A DNA stretch of 64,000 nucleotides from NCBI GenBank assembly GCA_000092065.1, contig CP000583.1; one strand, written 5' to 3'. Numbering within the stretch: the first letter of the stretch is position 1; each line of letters begins with the position of its first letter. The stretch comes from Ostreococcus lucimarinus. Its lineage: Eukaryota. This document shows positions 38,806 through 49,100 of the stretch, one piece after another. The position numbers and the translations under genes are program-made. Under the pieces are notes generated by a model. The model saw only the letters and a list, made by a program, of their open reading frames with translations, did not search any database and was not told the origin of the DNA.

Positions 38806-39924
38806 TTACTTGCCGAGAACCGTCTCGTTGAAGCGTTCGACTTCCTTGGCGGAGCCGATGCAGAGCGCGGTGCGTTGGTCAACGGTGTTGATTTGGACGT
38901 CCAAAACGGAGCCGCCGGTGACGCCGTCAGACGTCTTACCACCAGACTTTTCGACGAGCAAACCGAACGGCGCGGCTTCGAACGCGAGGCGAAGCTTGGC
39001 CGGGGATTTGGCGGAGGTCGGGTTGGAGAACACACCTTGGTTCTTGGTGAATTGCTGGTACACATCCGGGACGAGGCCGCCAGAGTAGCGGAGCGTGTAG
39101 CGTTCGTCCATGTAGTAGTCCAACAACTTCTTGTAGCCTTCGGTGTCTTGCGCGGCGCGCATGTTCGCCGGAGAGAAGATCTTGGAGGTTTCGTTGATCT
39201 TAATGTTCATGCGGGAGCAGATCCACGGCTCGAAGGAGCCGTCCGGAAGTTGGCAACCCTCCGGCGTGCAGCCGTAGGAGAATTCGTAGACGCCGTCGTC
39301 GAGGGCGACGATGACGGTGGTACGCGGACCGTAAAGCGCGACGAGAGACGTGCGCTGGTCGCGGCCGGTGGCACCGAGCAAACCGTCGGCGCCAGTCCCG
39401 GAGGTCGAGTCCCAGATACCGATGATGGTACCGACGGCCCAGTTGTTGTCGACGATGGAGGAGCCGTCGAGCGGGTCCCAGCACACGGTGTACTCGCCGT
39501 TCGGGTTGCACTGCACAACTTCCGGCTCTTCTTCGGACGCACCGTACGCCACAGTTTCAGAGCTCTTCACGCAATCCCACATGAGGTTATCCGCGATCAC
39601 GTCCACGGAAAGTTGCGCGTCACCAAAGGTGTTCGCGCTCCCCTCCACGGTGACGAGCGCCGAGCGCAACGCCTCGGTGATATCCGCGCAGCAATCGAGC
39701 ATCTCGACAATCACCTTGCGCAACTTTTCGTCCGCGCAGTGCTTACCCAAGATGTTTTCAAGGCTCGGGTACGAGTCTTGCTTCTCCGTCGTCGTGTAGA
39801 ACGACGTCGACGAGGCGCCGTATTCGTGCGCTCGCACGTCCCGGCGCACCGGCTTCGCCGCTTGGCGTCGCTTCGTCGCTTGGTGCGTCTTCGCGGAGCA
39901 TCGCGCGCGCGTCGCCGCGTTCAT
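38806..39924 (-). CDS. SBPASE: Sedoheptulose-1,7-bisphosphatase, chloroplast (FBPase superfamily)
   Basis: ATG at 39924. [29 protein letters not shown]...GATGRDQ...LYGPRTT...[15 protein letters not shown]...[22 protein letters not shown] is collinear with SBPase ([29 protein letters not shown]...YTLRYTGGMVPDVNQ...AKLRLLFEVAPLGFLIEKAGG). R/K/T-rich transit-peptide-like N-terminus. Confidence 0.9.
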   Translation of the reverse strand: [372 protein letters not shown]

Positions 39925-40329
39925 CTGTCGTCGTAAAGATCCGCGTTCCCATCGTTCGTCAGTCGCCGCGCGTCCTCGCCGCCGTCTCCCGCCGCGCCGT
40001 CGCCGCGCCGCGCGCGCGTCGTCCCGCCGCCCCGATCGTCTCGCGCCCCATCGCGTCGCGTCTCTCGCCCCCGTCGACGCATCGCTCGCGCGCGCGCACC
40101 GTGGACATGGCGGACATGATCGAGTTCGAGTGTCTTCGCGCGCGTCGCTCGTGCGAGGCGCGGTGTGCGTCGCGCGCGCTCGCGTCGCGCGTCGCCGGCG
40201 AGTGGATAAGATCATTCGGTCCGTGTGTCGATTCGTGTCGATTCGTCTCACGTATGGGCAAACAGTGTACATATCGACGGCAGACGCGCCGACGCCGACG
40301 ACGACGCGCGCACACGGCGACGCGCGACG

Positions 40330-40466
40330 ATGTCGACGACGGCGCGCGCGACGGCGTCGGCGTCGGCGCGACGCGCGACGCCGGCGCGCGCGCGCGGCGC
40401 GACGCGAACGCGCGCGGTGCGCCGACGCGCGATCGCGAGACGCGCGACCGGGGACGGGACGACGCG

Positions 40467-40499
<33 letters not shown>

Positions 40500-41091
40500 G
40501 GCGGCGGCGGCGCGCGCGTCGAAGAAGTGGAAACCGAAACCGCTGCCGTCGACGTTCGGGGACGCGGCGTCGCCGAGAGCGCGGTCGCCGTTCGACGCGA
40601 AGACGGGGGCGACGTCGCCGTTCGAGAAGGCGCCGGGGACGTCGGCGTCGCCGTTCGAGAAGGCGACGAGCGACGGGACGGGTAAACCGGCGAGTCCGTT
40701 CGGGGCGGTGGCGACGCCGGTGACAGAGGGCGGGGCGGCGAGCGGGGACGCGACGACGACGCGCGCGAAGGCGGCGGCGAGCCCGTTCGGGGCGGCGGAG
40801 GCGCGGTCGCCGTTCGCCGCGGCGCCGGGCGCGGCGAAGAGCCCGTTCGGAGGAGCGAGCGCGGCGAAGAATCCGTTCAACGAACCGGAAGCCGCGCTGT
40901 ACGGCGCGAAGCCGGTGGCGAAGAAGCCGGCGGTGAAGGTGGAAGAGAAGACGTCGTTTTTGGAGTCTTTGCCGCGACCGACGCTCGGGCAATTCTTCAT
41001 CGTGTTCTCGTTCGTGACGATCATTTCTTTGATGCTCGGGACGTTTTGGGTCGTCGTCAACGCCGGTGGCGTGCACTTTAACGATTCTTAA
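40330..41091 (+). CDS. Hypothetical tail-anchored protein with eight or more SPF(E/G/D) repeats, an R/A/T-rich presequence and a C-terminal TM helix
   Basis: ATG at 40330 (MSTTARATASASARRATPARARG). Repeats ASPFGAV/SPFEKA/SPFDAK/SPFGGAS run through the middle. C-terminal LGQFFIVFSFVTIISLMLGTFWVVV. The (GACGCG)6 tract at 40468..40503 encodes DADADADADA. Confidence 0.5.
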
Positions 41092-41201
41092 GCCGAGCGC
41101 GACGTGCTCGCACTCATTTATCGCTCGCGTTGCTTTACATTATCCTTGTAGTCGGCAAATAGGTCACACATTCATCGTTTGTTTGTTTGTTCGTTTCTCG
41201 T

Positions 41202-42623
41202 TCATCGCGCGCTCAAGCGGCCTTCGAGGCAAAGCGCGCATACGTAGTCGAACGCATCGCTCGCCGTTTCGGGCGTTCGACGCAATCGCGGGTCGGAAAG
41301 AATGGCGGCGAGCCGCGAGCGCTGCGCCTCCAGCTGCCGAACGAAGCATTCGCGTTGGAGAGAGTCGAGCGAAAGCCGATGGAGCTCGAGCAACGCGCCT
41401 TGCAAGCGCTCGGAAGGCACGCGTCGAATCGCCGCCGTCAGTCGAAGTGTCTGCTCGGAAACCTCCCGCTCGATCGTGTTCGCTCGAAACGCGTGACGAC
41501 TCGCTTCACCGTCCAAGGCTTGTGCTTCCGCGTCGACCCATCGTAGAAAACTCAAGCCGATCGTCTGCGAAGGCGTCGTTCTCGCGCGAGACGTTCGTGG
41601 AAGATTGGAAAGACGATACGTCAACATTCGTCGCCACACGTCGTCGTCATCGTCGCCTTGGTTGCATTCTTCGTCCTCATTCGTGGTGAAGGACGAAAAG
41701 TCGCCGAGCGCGTCGTGGATGCTGGCGCGCGCGCGCGGCGGAAAAATTTCAATTTCCCTCGGCGTCCACGCGGCTTCTTCGGGCGACGACGAATCTTCGT
41801 CGACGTCGCCGGATGAATGCAGCGTACCGAGCGATGACGGCTTCAACGACGAGACCGTTCGTAACGATTTCACGCCCGAACGCTCGGGCGTCACGCACGT
41901 CCGCGTCGGCGATTCGGAATCGGAGCTCTCGCTCAACGTCGCCGGATCGGCGCTCCGTCGACGCATGGCGTTCACGCGCCTCAGTTTCGGCGTCTCACCC
42001 CCCACGACGACGGCGCGGTGCAAACAATCACCGCCATCAACGCTCGCGTCATCGATCGCGCACGCGAGCAGCAAAGCCGCGCCCGAACTTTCCGAAGACG
42101 TGCGCGCCGACGCCGCCGATCCCGACGTCGTCGAGTCCAATCGCGCCGTCGCGTGCGCGCTCGACATCCGCCCGAGCGGCACCACCTCGAGCGCCTCGCC
42201 CATCGTCATCGTCACCGACCGATACTTCACGCGCGCGTCGTCGTCCAGATACGCCAACAGTTTCCTCGTCGCCGTCTCGTCGTCTTCCCCTCCCTCGCCG
42301 CCTCCGATCTCGAACCCGTTCTCGGCGTCCGCGCGCATCTCCTTCGCCGTTCTCTCCAACCGCGCCAGCGTCCCATCCCGTCGCAGCGCCTCGACGAAAT
42401 CCTCCACCAACCCCTCGCTCGCGATTCCCTCGCGTTCGCGTTCGCTCGTCGCGCTCGTCGTCGTCGTCGACGCCCGCCCCGACGACGCGTCCTCGTCGTC
42501 GTCGCGCCCTCGTCCTCCCGTCTCTTCCTCAACTTTCACTTTCGCCTTCGTTTTCGCCCGTCGCGTCGTCTTTCGCGCGCGTCGCGCGATAAACCTTCGC
42601 CACGCGTCGCGCGCGCGCGTCAT
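41202..42623 (-). CDS. Hypothetical protein (acidic/Ser-rich middle, conserved-looking C-terminal 150 aa)
   Basis: ATG at 42623 (MTRARDAWRRF). Protein-like composition. The opposite-strand ORF 41605..42768 is S-rich junk. Family not recognised. Confidence 0.45.
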   Translation of the reverse strand: MTRARDAWRRFIARRARKTTRRAKTKAKVKVEEETGGRGRDDDEDASSGRASTTTTSATSEREREGIASEGLVEDFVEALRRDGTLARLERTAKEMRADAENGFEIGGGEGGEDDETATRKLLAYLDDDARVKYRSVTMTMGEALEVVPLGRMSSAHATARLDSTTSGSAASARTSSESSGAALLLACAIDDASVDGGDCLHRAVVVGGETPKLRRVNAMRRRSADPATLSESSDSESPTRTCVTPERSGVKSLRTVSSLKPSSLGTLHSSGDVDEDSSSPEEAAWTPREIEIFPPRARASIHDALGDFSSFTTNEDEECNQGDDDDDVWRRMLTYRLSNLPRTSRARTTPSQTIGLSFLRWVDAEAQALDGEASRHAFRANTIEREVSEQTLRLTAAIRRVPSERLQGALLELHRLSLDSLQRECFVRQLEAQRSRLAAILSDPRLRRTPETASDAFDYVCALCLEGRLSAR

Positions 42624-42660
42624 GTCGCCGCGCGCGCGTCGTCGCGCGCGTCGGTGCCGT

Positions 42661-42765
42661 CGAGTCGAGCAGTGTCGACTTTCGATCGACATCGATCGAC
42701 ATCGATCGACGTTCCGTCGATCGATCGATGGTCTCGATCGATGGTCTCGATCGATGTTACTCGAA
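42661..42765. repeat. Tandem array of TCGATCGA palindromic units ((ATCGATCGAC)x3, then (TCGATCGATGGTC)x2-3) in the bidirectional promoter between the divergent genes at 42623(-) and 42999(+)
   Basis: Visible as ttcgatcgacatcgatcgacatcgatcgacgttccgtcgatcgatcgatggtctcgatcgatggtctcgatcgatg. Confidence 0.8.
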
Positions 42766-42998
42766 TGAACACGGACCGCGTCCTCGCCCGGTCTCCGGGC
42801 GGCGCGCCGTCGCGCGCGCCGCGGAAGGACGCGCGCGGCGACGCGGCGCGCGGCGACGCGGCGCGCGGCGAACGTCGCGGGGCGACATCGCGCGCGCGGC
42901 GCGGCGCGGCGAGGCGCGAACGGACGCGAACGGACGACGCGAGAGACGCGGTGATTTCGAAACGCGCTTCGACGGAAACGGAACGGCGCGACGACGCG

Positions 42999-43577
42999 AT
43001 GGCGCGCGACCCGAGGGAGATGACGGGAGAGGTGGCGCGCGTCGTCATCGGTGGGGACGTGTTCCAGGTGAACGACGCGGTGTTGGTCAAGGCGCCGGGG
43101 GCGAACGAGCGGTACGTGGGGCGCATCGTGAGCGTGGCGGTGGAGAACGGGGCGGTGAAGGCGCGGTTGTGCTGGTATTATCGACCGCAAGAGACGCGAG
43201 GGGGACGGAAACGGTTTCACGGGGTGAAGGAGTTGTTTTCGAGCGATCACTACGATTGGGTGAGCGTGAACACGATCGATGCGAAGTGCGAGGTGTGGTC
43301 GCTGCGGGAGTATCAAGAGCTCGAGGCGGTGACGGAGTTTGATTTTTACGCTCGGTTTTTGTATCGAAGCTCGCGGGGGGAGTTCCGACCGGAGAAGGTG
43401 CCGGTGTTCTGTAAGTGCGCGGAGCCGTATAATCCCGATCGGTTCATGGTCGAGTGCGATCAGTGTAACGATTGGTTCCATCCCGAGTGCGTCAACGAGA
43501 CGAAATCCAGCGCTTCGCAGCTCGACGTTTGGCGGTGTCCCGACTGTCGATTGAGCAAGATTACGGGCGAGGTTTGA
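42999..43577 (+). CDS. BAH-PHD chromatin reader (EBS/SHL-like)
   Basis: BAH region RLCWYYRPQETRGGRKRFHGVKELFSSDHYDWVSVNTIDAKCEVW. PHD finger VFCKCAEPYNPDRFMVECDQCNDWFHPECV...WRCPDC. Collinear with plant EBS/SHL (HCRWYYRPEE...YCKCEMPYNPDDLMVQCEGCKDWYHPAC). Confidence 0.85.
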   Translation: MARDPREMTGEVARVVIGGDVFQVNDAVLVKAPGANERYVGRIVSVAVENGAVKARLCWYYRPQETRGGRKRFHGVKELFSSDHYDWVSVNTIDAKCEVWSLREYQELEAVTEFDFYARFLYRSSRGEFRPEKVPVFCKCAEPYNPDRFMVECDQCNDWFHPECVNETKSSASQLDVWRCPDCRLSKITGEV

Positions 43578-43822
43578 AACGCGAAATGAGCGCATCGAAT
43601 AATTGAATGTACAAATGAAATCGCGCGCGCGGCACCGTCGCTGAGCACGCGACGGGCGCGCGACGCGAACTTATAGCAAGACGGCGCCGTTCACCCTTAG
43701 ATAATTCGAGTAGCACGAAGCAACTCCATCGCTCGATTAGCACCCAGCACACCACCGAAAAATGGCACGTCTGAAATATTCTATCGCTATATCACAATGA
43801 ATCCGTGCGTCGATCGCCGTCA

Positions 43823-45280
43823 CTACTCGTAACCTTCGCCGATTTCGATGCCTGCGTCGATGAGTGCGTTCCCAGTCGCTTTCATTCGCGCGGCGAACTT
43901 GCACGCCGCGCGGAGCTTTGCCATGCGCAAACGCTTCAAAAGCTGCTTGGCGAGGTGCGCCACGCGAGGGTTGCGCGAGTTTTGCAAATAATCAACCACC
44001 TTAGTGCCGTCCTCGACAATCATGATGGACTGATTTCCGGGCGATAACATCAAGTTGGATAACGCGGTGATGGCGGCGGTTTCCGAGCGCACGTCCCCGG
44101 TCCGAGCGAGCTGAATGATCCATTTTAACGCCCCTTGCTTGCAAAAGCGCTCACCGTTTGGCTCGTACAGCGCTAATTCTGCGATCGCGAGCGCGGCGAA
44201 CCGCTTTACTTCCTGCTGCGGACTGCGCAACATGAAGATGCACGCCTGAATGGCGCCCGTTTTTCCGGCGAGCGCGCGCAAATCGAAATTCGACGCCAAA
44301 TTTTTCAACCCGAGCGCGGCGACTAATTGCATCTCCGCCATATCGATTCGTTCCGACGTGTTCATCGCAATCGTGCAAAACAACTGAATGGCGCGATACT
44401 TGACGAGCGTCTCGCGCAAATCCTTGTTGCGCGCCATGTGCGCGATGACGAGCGCCGCCGCCAGCTTCCGAGCCGGAATCTTATCTCTCGAGAGTTCGAA
44501 CAAAAAAGGCACGTAACCTTTTTTCTCCATCAAATTACTAAATTCGTCGTTCATCGCCAAACGCGCGATGGCGATGAGCGCCCACTTCTCCGTGTCCGTG
44601 TCGTCCGTCTTATCGACGAAGTCGAGAAAGTTTTTAATCAATTGCTCCGGCGCCTTCGCGCTCATCAGCGACGCCACCTCGGGATCATCCGCGATTCTCG
44701 CGAACGTCACCACGCAATTTCTTTTAACCCTCACCCCTAACCCCTTTTCCGTGATCAGCGCCGTCATGCTCTTATCCAGCCCCTCGTCGCTCGCTAAAAA
44801 CCGCGTATCGTCGTGATTCACCAGCGTCGTCAGCGCCCCGCTCGCCGCCACCGCGCGCTCTTTATCTTTCCCCTTGATCGTCGCCACGCACAGTTTAAAC
44901 ATCTCCTTCGTCGCCAGCGCCGTCGCGCAATCATCGTGCAGCGCCAGCGTCTGCACCAGCCCGAACGCCGCGATCTGCGCCTCTCGCTCCTTAAACTCGC
45001 ACAGCCGCGGCAGGCTCTCCCTCAGAAACGTCCCGCGCGTCCTGTGCGTCAGCTTCCCCCACGTCGTCTCCACCTCTCCCGCGATCGCCGCTCGAAGCGC
45101 GCGCATCTGTCGCAGCAAGCGTCGCATCTTCCCCGTCGATCGCTTCCATCCCGCGATGTCGTCCATCATCGCGTGCACCTTGGCGTCCGTCATCGCTTCG
45201 TCCACCGTCTCGCGCGCGCACGTCACGAACGCGATGAACGCGCGCACCGCGCGCACCATGCGACGCCGCGCCACGCGCAT
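43823..45280 (-). CDS. Armadillo/HEAT-type helical-repeat protein
   Basis: 485-aa ORF with recurring 40-aa helical units of the form L..L...L..NL (ALAIAELALYEPNGERFCKQGALKWIIQLAR...AAITALSNLMLSPGNQSIMI), typical of ARM repeats. Confidence 0.6.
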   Translation of the reverse strand: MRVARRRMVRAVRAFIAFVTCARETVDEAMTDAKVHAMMDDIAGWKRSTGKMRRLLRQMRALRAAIAGEVETTWGKLTHRTRGTFLRESLPRLCEFKEREAQIAAFGLVQTLALHDDCATALATKEMFKLCVATIKGKDKERAVAASGALTTLVNHDDTRFLASDEGLDKSMTALITEKGLGVRVKRNCVVTFARIADDPEVASLMSAKAPEQLIKNFLDFVDKTDDTDTEKWALIAIARLAMNDEFSNLMEKKGYVPFLFELSRDKIPARKLAAALVIAHMARNKDLRETLVKYRAIQLFCTIAMNTSERIDMAEMQLVAALGLKNLASNFDLRALAGKTGAIQACIFMLRSPQQEVKRFAALAIAELALYEPNGERFCKQGALKWIIQLARTGDVRSETAAITALSNLMLSPGNQSIMIVEDGTKVVDYLQNSRNPRVAHLAKQLLKRLRMAKLRAACKFAARMKATGNALIDAGIEIGEGYE

Positions 45281-45422
45281 CGCGAGAGTCTAACTAGCGT
45301 TCGTCTTTCAGCGTTCTGTGCGTGTCCGCGTTCTGTGCGCATCCGCGTCGCGCGGTGCCGACGCGTCGATCGTAACGGTCGAACGAAATCGCGAAATCGA
45401 CGCATCGCGACGCGACGACGCG

Positions 45423-46103
45423 ATGTGGACGACGCGGGAGATCGACGGCGTCGCGCGCGCGCTTCGCGAGGTCGCGGACGCGCTCGCGGAGGCGTCGAGC
45501 GAGGCGAAATCGAGGGACGCGCGACGCGCGCGCGACGACGACGACGACGACGATGGACCGGCGCTCGGCGCGGTGAGAGGGGCGACGCTGGCGGGGAACT
45601 GCGCGGTGAAGCTGCGAGAGGCGCTCGAACGCGTCGAGGCGCACGCGGGGGAGGCGTTTCGGGACGTCGAGGGCGCGACGAAGGCGGCGGCGAGAAGGAA
45701 AGCGAGGGGAGGGGAGGCGGGGGAGGGGGACGACGACGACGGGGAGGACGACGCGTTCGAGGATATGTTCGATAAGGATGGGAAACCGCGGCGGGGGAGC
45801 GCGCCGAGGCGGGGACACACGCTGCCGGGGATGAGCGACGCGCTCGGGGAGCTGCGCGGAGTTTTGCAAAAGGTGGGCGTGAAGAGCGCGGCGGCGGCGG
45901 CGGAGGCGGCGGACGATCCGACGAGCTCGGGCGCGGAGGCGGATGGCGAGGCGAGCGAGGTGGAGAGCGAGCGACGCGCGGTGCGCGAACCCGTGGTCGC
46001 GGCGCCGCCGCCGGCGAAGGCGGAAAAACCGCAGTGGATGGTTGAGTTGGCGGCGAAGAACGCGGCGAAGCGCGCCGCGCAAAACTCGAGCGACGCGCGA
46101 TAG
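45423..46103 (+). CDS. Hypothetical acidic low-complexity protein
   Basis: ATG at 45423 (MWTTREIDGVARAL). D/E/A-rich. Divergent from the ARM gene. Composition is less GC-artefact-like than the alternatives, but support is weak. Confidence 0.4.
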   Translation: MWTTREIDGVARALREVADALAEASSEAKSRDARRARDDDDDDDGPALGAVRGATLAGNCAVKLREALERVEAHAGEAFRDVEGATKAAARRKARGGEAGEGDDDDGEDDAFEDMFDKDGKPRRGSAPRRGHTLPGMSDALGELRGVLQKVGVKSAAAAAEAADDPTSSGAEADGEASEVESERRAVREPVVAAPPPAKAEKPQWMVELAAKNAAKRAAQNSSDAR

Positions 46104-46168
46104 CTCGAATCGCGAACGCTTTGCGTGTCTAAATTCCACCGCTATCTACTAATGTTCTACTGCCTGTA

Positions 46169-49100
46169 CTAATTTTGTTTCGCGTTGGCGTTCACGAACG
46201 GCGAGAGCGCGCTCGAAAGCCAACGCGCGGCGTCTTCGTCGGCGCATCGCACGACGATCGACGTCGGCGTCGCCGCGTCTTCGCCGCGGAAAGTCTCATC
46301 GACGTCGTGGAATGATTGATCCTGTTCTCGATGCATCCACCCGAACGCGAATCCATACGCTCGAGCGAACACGCTTTGCGTCTGTGCGAGGGACACGCGC
46401 GTCGATCGCTCCGCTCTCGCGGCGTACACGGAGACGCGATTCCCGTCGCGAAGGACGCCGGAGATGTCCACAAATCTCACGCTCGAGCGCACGTACGGCG
46501 CGTTGACGTCCGATCGATGAACGACGAGCAGTTTCCCACCCGTCAAAACACACATATCGTGCGACGGCCACATCAACGAAGCGGTGGCGACGAATCGTTC
46601 TCGTTTTTCGCTCGAAGCGAGTTTCGCGAGCGTCTCCCTGCCGATGGCCTCTATGAGATGGTACGGCCGTATGGGGTCCATGTATGACGTGGGAAGCGGG
46701 CGACGCGGGCGCATGTACTCCCCTTCGAACGTTTTCGCCGCCGTGAAAAGTCGAAGTCGCCTCGCGCTGAGCTCGGCGCCATCCAGAGCGGCGGCTAAAA
46801 CGCGCGTCAACGCGCTCATCAAGCCGATGACGGAGCCTTCAACCAACCCTCTCACGCCGGCCAGTTCCAGGCCATGCAGTGGTCCATCGATGACATCGAA
46901 GACGACGCGACCGACAGTGTCAAATATGCGCGCCACAAACGTCACCGTCGCCTGCTTCTCGAGATCTTCGACCGTGCCGAGTCTTCTCGGTCGAAGCGAA
47001 AATCGCCGACTGGCTTGGGCGACTTCCAGCGCTTCGAGCCAACCATCGACGACGTCACGCGCTTGCGATAGCGCCGTCTCTCCAGAATGCGCAAACGCAG
47101 CTGTGAGTGCCATTATTACTCGTGGCAACGCGGTTGTCGCCGAACCTTGATGCATCTCATCGAAAGCTTCGATGATTTCATCCCAAAGCCGGCGCGGATC
47201 GCCGAGTAAGGAGTTATGCGCCCAAAGAGAACCGGCGACGATGACGGCTTCCCTAGCGAAATGACGCGCGGCCATCATGCTGACATCTGCCGCCATGAGT
47301 GACGGCTGGTTCATGTGAAAGCCTCGCAGTCGCAAATTCGCGCGATCAACGCCGGCCAACGCTCGTACGGCGACCGGTAATCCGGGTAAACGAGAAAACG
47401 ACAGGACGAGCTCGACATCGTTTATGATGAGTTCTTGTAAGTATACGGACGTAAGCGCGCCCACAGTTTCGCCTTCCAAGCTGCGCTTACGTGCACCGTT
47501 CGCTTTTATCGTCGGTTTCGCAGGAGGCAAGAGCAACTCTGCGTGACGGACGCACGGCGCGATGGCGCGCGGCACGGATTCAATCAATTCATCGTGTAAA
47601 TCGACGAATGCTGGCGCCAAATCAACCTTCAACGAACGTATGACGGGTAAACCATTCAACTTCTGCACCCGTCCGTGCACCTGCAACTCGAGTGCCTCTC
47701 GGGCGCTTTGATGCCGCTCGGGTATGGCTAACACGATTGGTCGTTTCGCTTTGCTGCTTGTGTGATCGACTCGTGCGCTGTGCACGCGGACGGCGCTCTT
47801 GAACTCGGAACCGTCCGCGAGCACCTTCACCGTAATACCACTCACGCGTCCGTACAGCAACTCTTCGTGTCCATGGATCGCACTCACACCAATCCAACCA
47901 CACTTGAACGACACGTTGACGGGGGCTCCGGGGCGTTGGGGCGTCTTCGTCGATAGTCGCGGGCGCTCGGGCGTATCTGCGACGCGACTGCTCAGCGCGT
48001 CTTCAATGATGACAGAGCACATCGGTCCCTCTCTCGTTACCATCACGCGCAAGCACCGCTTGTCTGTCGTCACCACGCTATACGACAGAGTGCGAGTGAT
48101 GTCAAGCGAAATCGGTTCGCCCAACGAAAGATCGCCGTACCCAATGACGAGCGCGCGAGGAAGAGACGAGTCTTCAATCAGTCGCTCTTCGCTCTCCTTG
48201 GGCGCGAGCGTCGCGCGCGCATCATCGGCACCGAGCTGGTGATACCAGATTGACGCGTTCGAGTGGTTCTCGATGGAATGCATTCCGAGCGCGCCGTCGA
48301 TCTCAGTCGGCCGCGCGATGCGAATGTCAAACGTTCCGTCGTCGTTTTCTAGAATCGAGACCGTGATAGTTTCCGTGTGCAACGTACTATCTCCGCCGAG
48401 GTGACGCATCTTCAGTATAGAAGCAGTATGCTCAGGCACATGCACTGGCTTAGACCATTCGAAAACTCCCTTCTCCGGTCTGAACATGATCACTTTGGGC
48501 ACCTTGGAGCGCATGTCAAACCAACGCAGCGGCGTCGCCGAGCGGGGCTGCAACAAATCCACGCTCTCCGTGCCGCCGTGTCGGATCCAAACGGCTTCGT
48601 CTAGCGTACTTTTGATGAGAAACTTTGGTCGTATCATGATCTTTGCCGTCTTGCACAATTTATCGGTCGAAACCATGGAAGCAGTCACGACGAATACATG
48701 CTCGCAAACATCTGAGCCGGCGTCTGAGGGTAGCCTGATTTCAATCGGCAGACCCGTCGGATCGATCCTAAAAGGGCGACTCCACGCGCTTGAAGACTTG
48801 AGCCGAATACGAATCCGTGGACGCCGTTTGATTGACTTGCGCCAATGCGCTGAACTACCGAGAACGGTCGCGCGTTGATCCAGTGAATCCTCGTCGTCGA
48901 CGCCGTAGTCCACGCCGTGGTCCGTCGATACCGTCTGGCGTCCGGGCGTTGATGGCGTGAGAAGCGTGACCGAATCGGCATTCAATCGCAACGACGACTG
49001 TCGCATCAACAACGGGCTTGTTTGTGACAACACATTCGTCGAAGAACTCATACGTCGAAGAGACGGCAAAGCTTGATTCTGCGCAAGTCGAGCGAAAGGA

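Noticed and set aside
41605-42768. 387-aa plus ORF and 259-aa ORF 41813..42592
   Set aside because: Ser/Pro/Ala-rich antisense of the better-composed minus-strand gene 41202..42623.
44813-45775. 320-aa plus ORF
   Set aside because: R/G/H-rich junk spanning the ARM-repeat gene antisense and the intergenic region.
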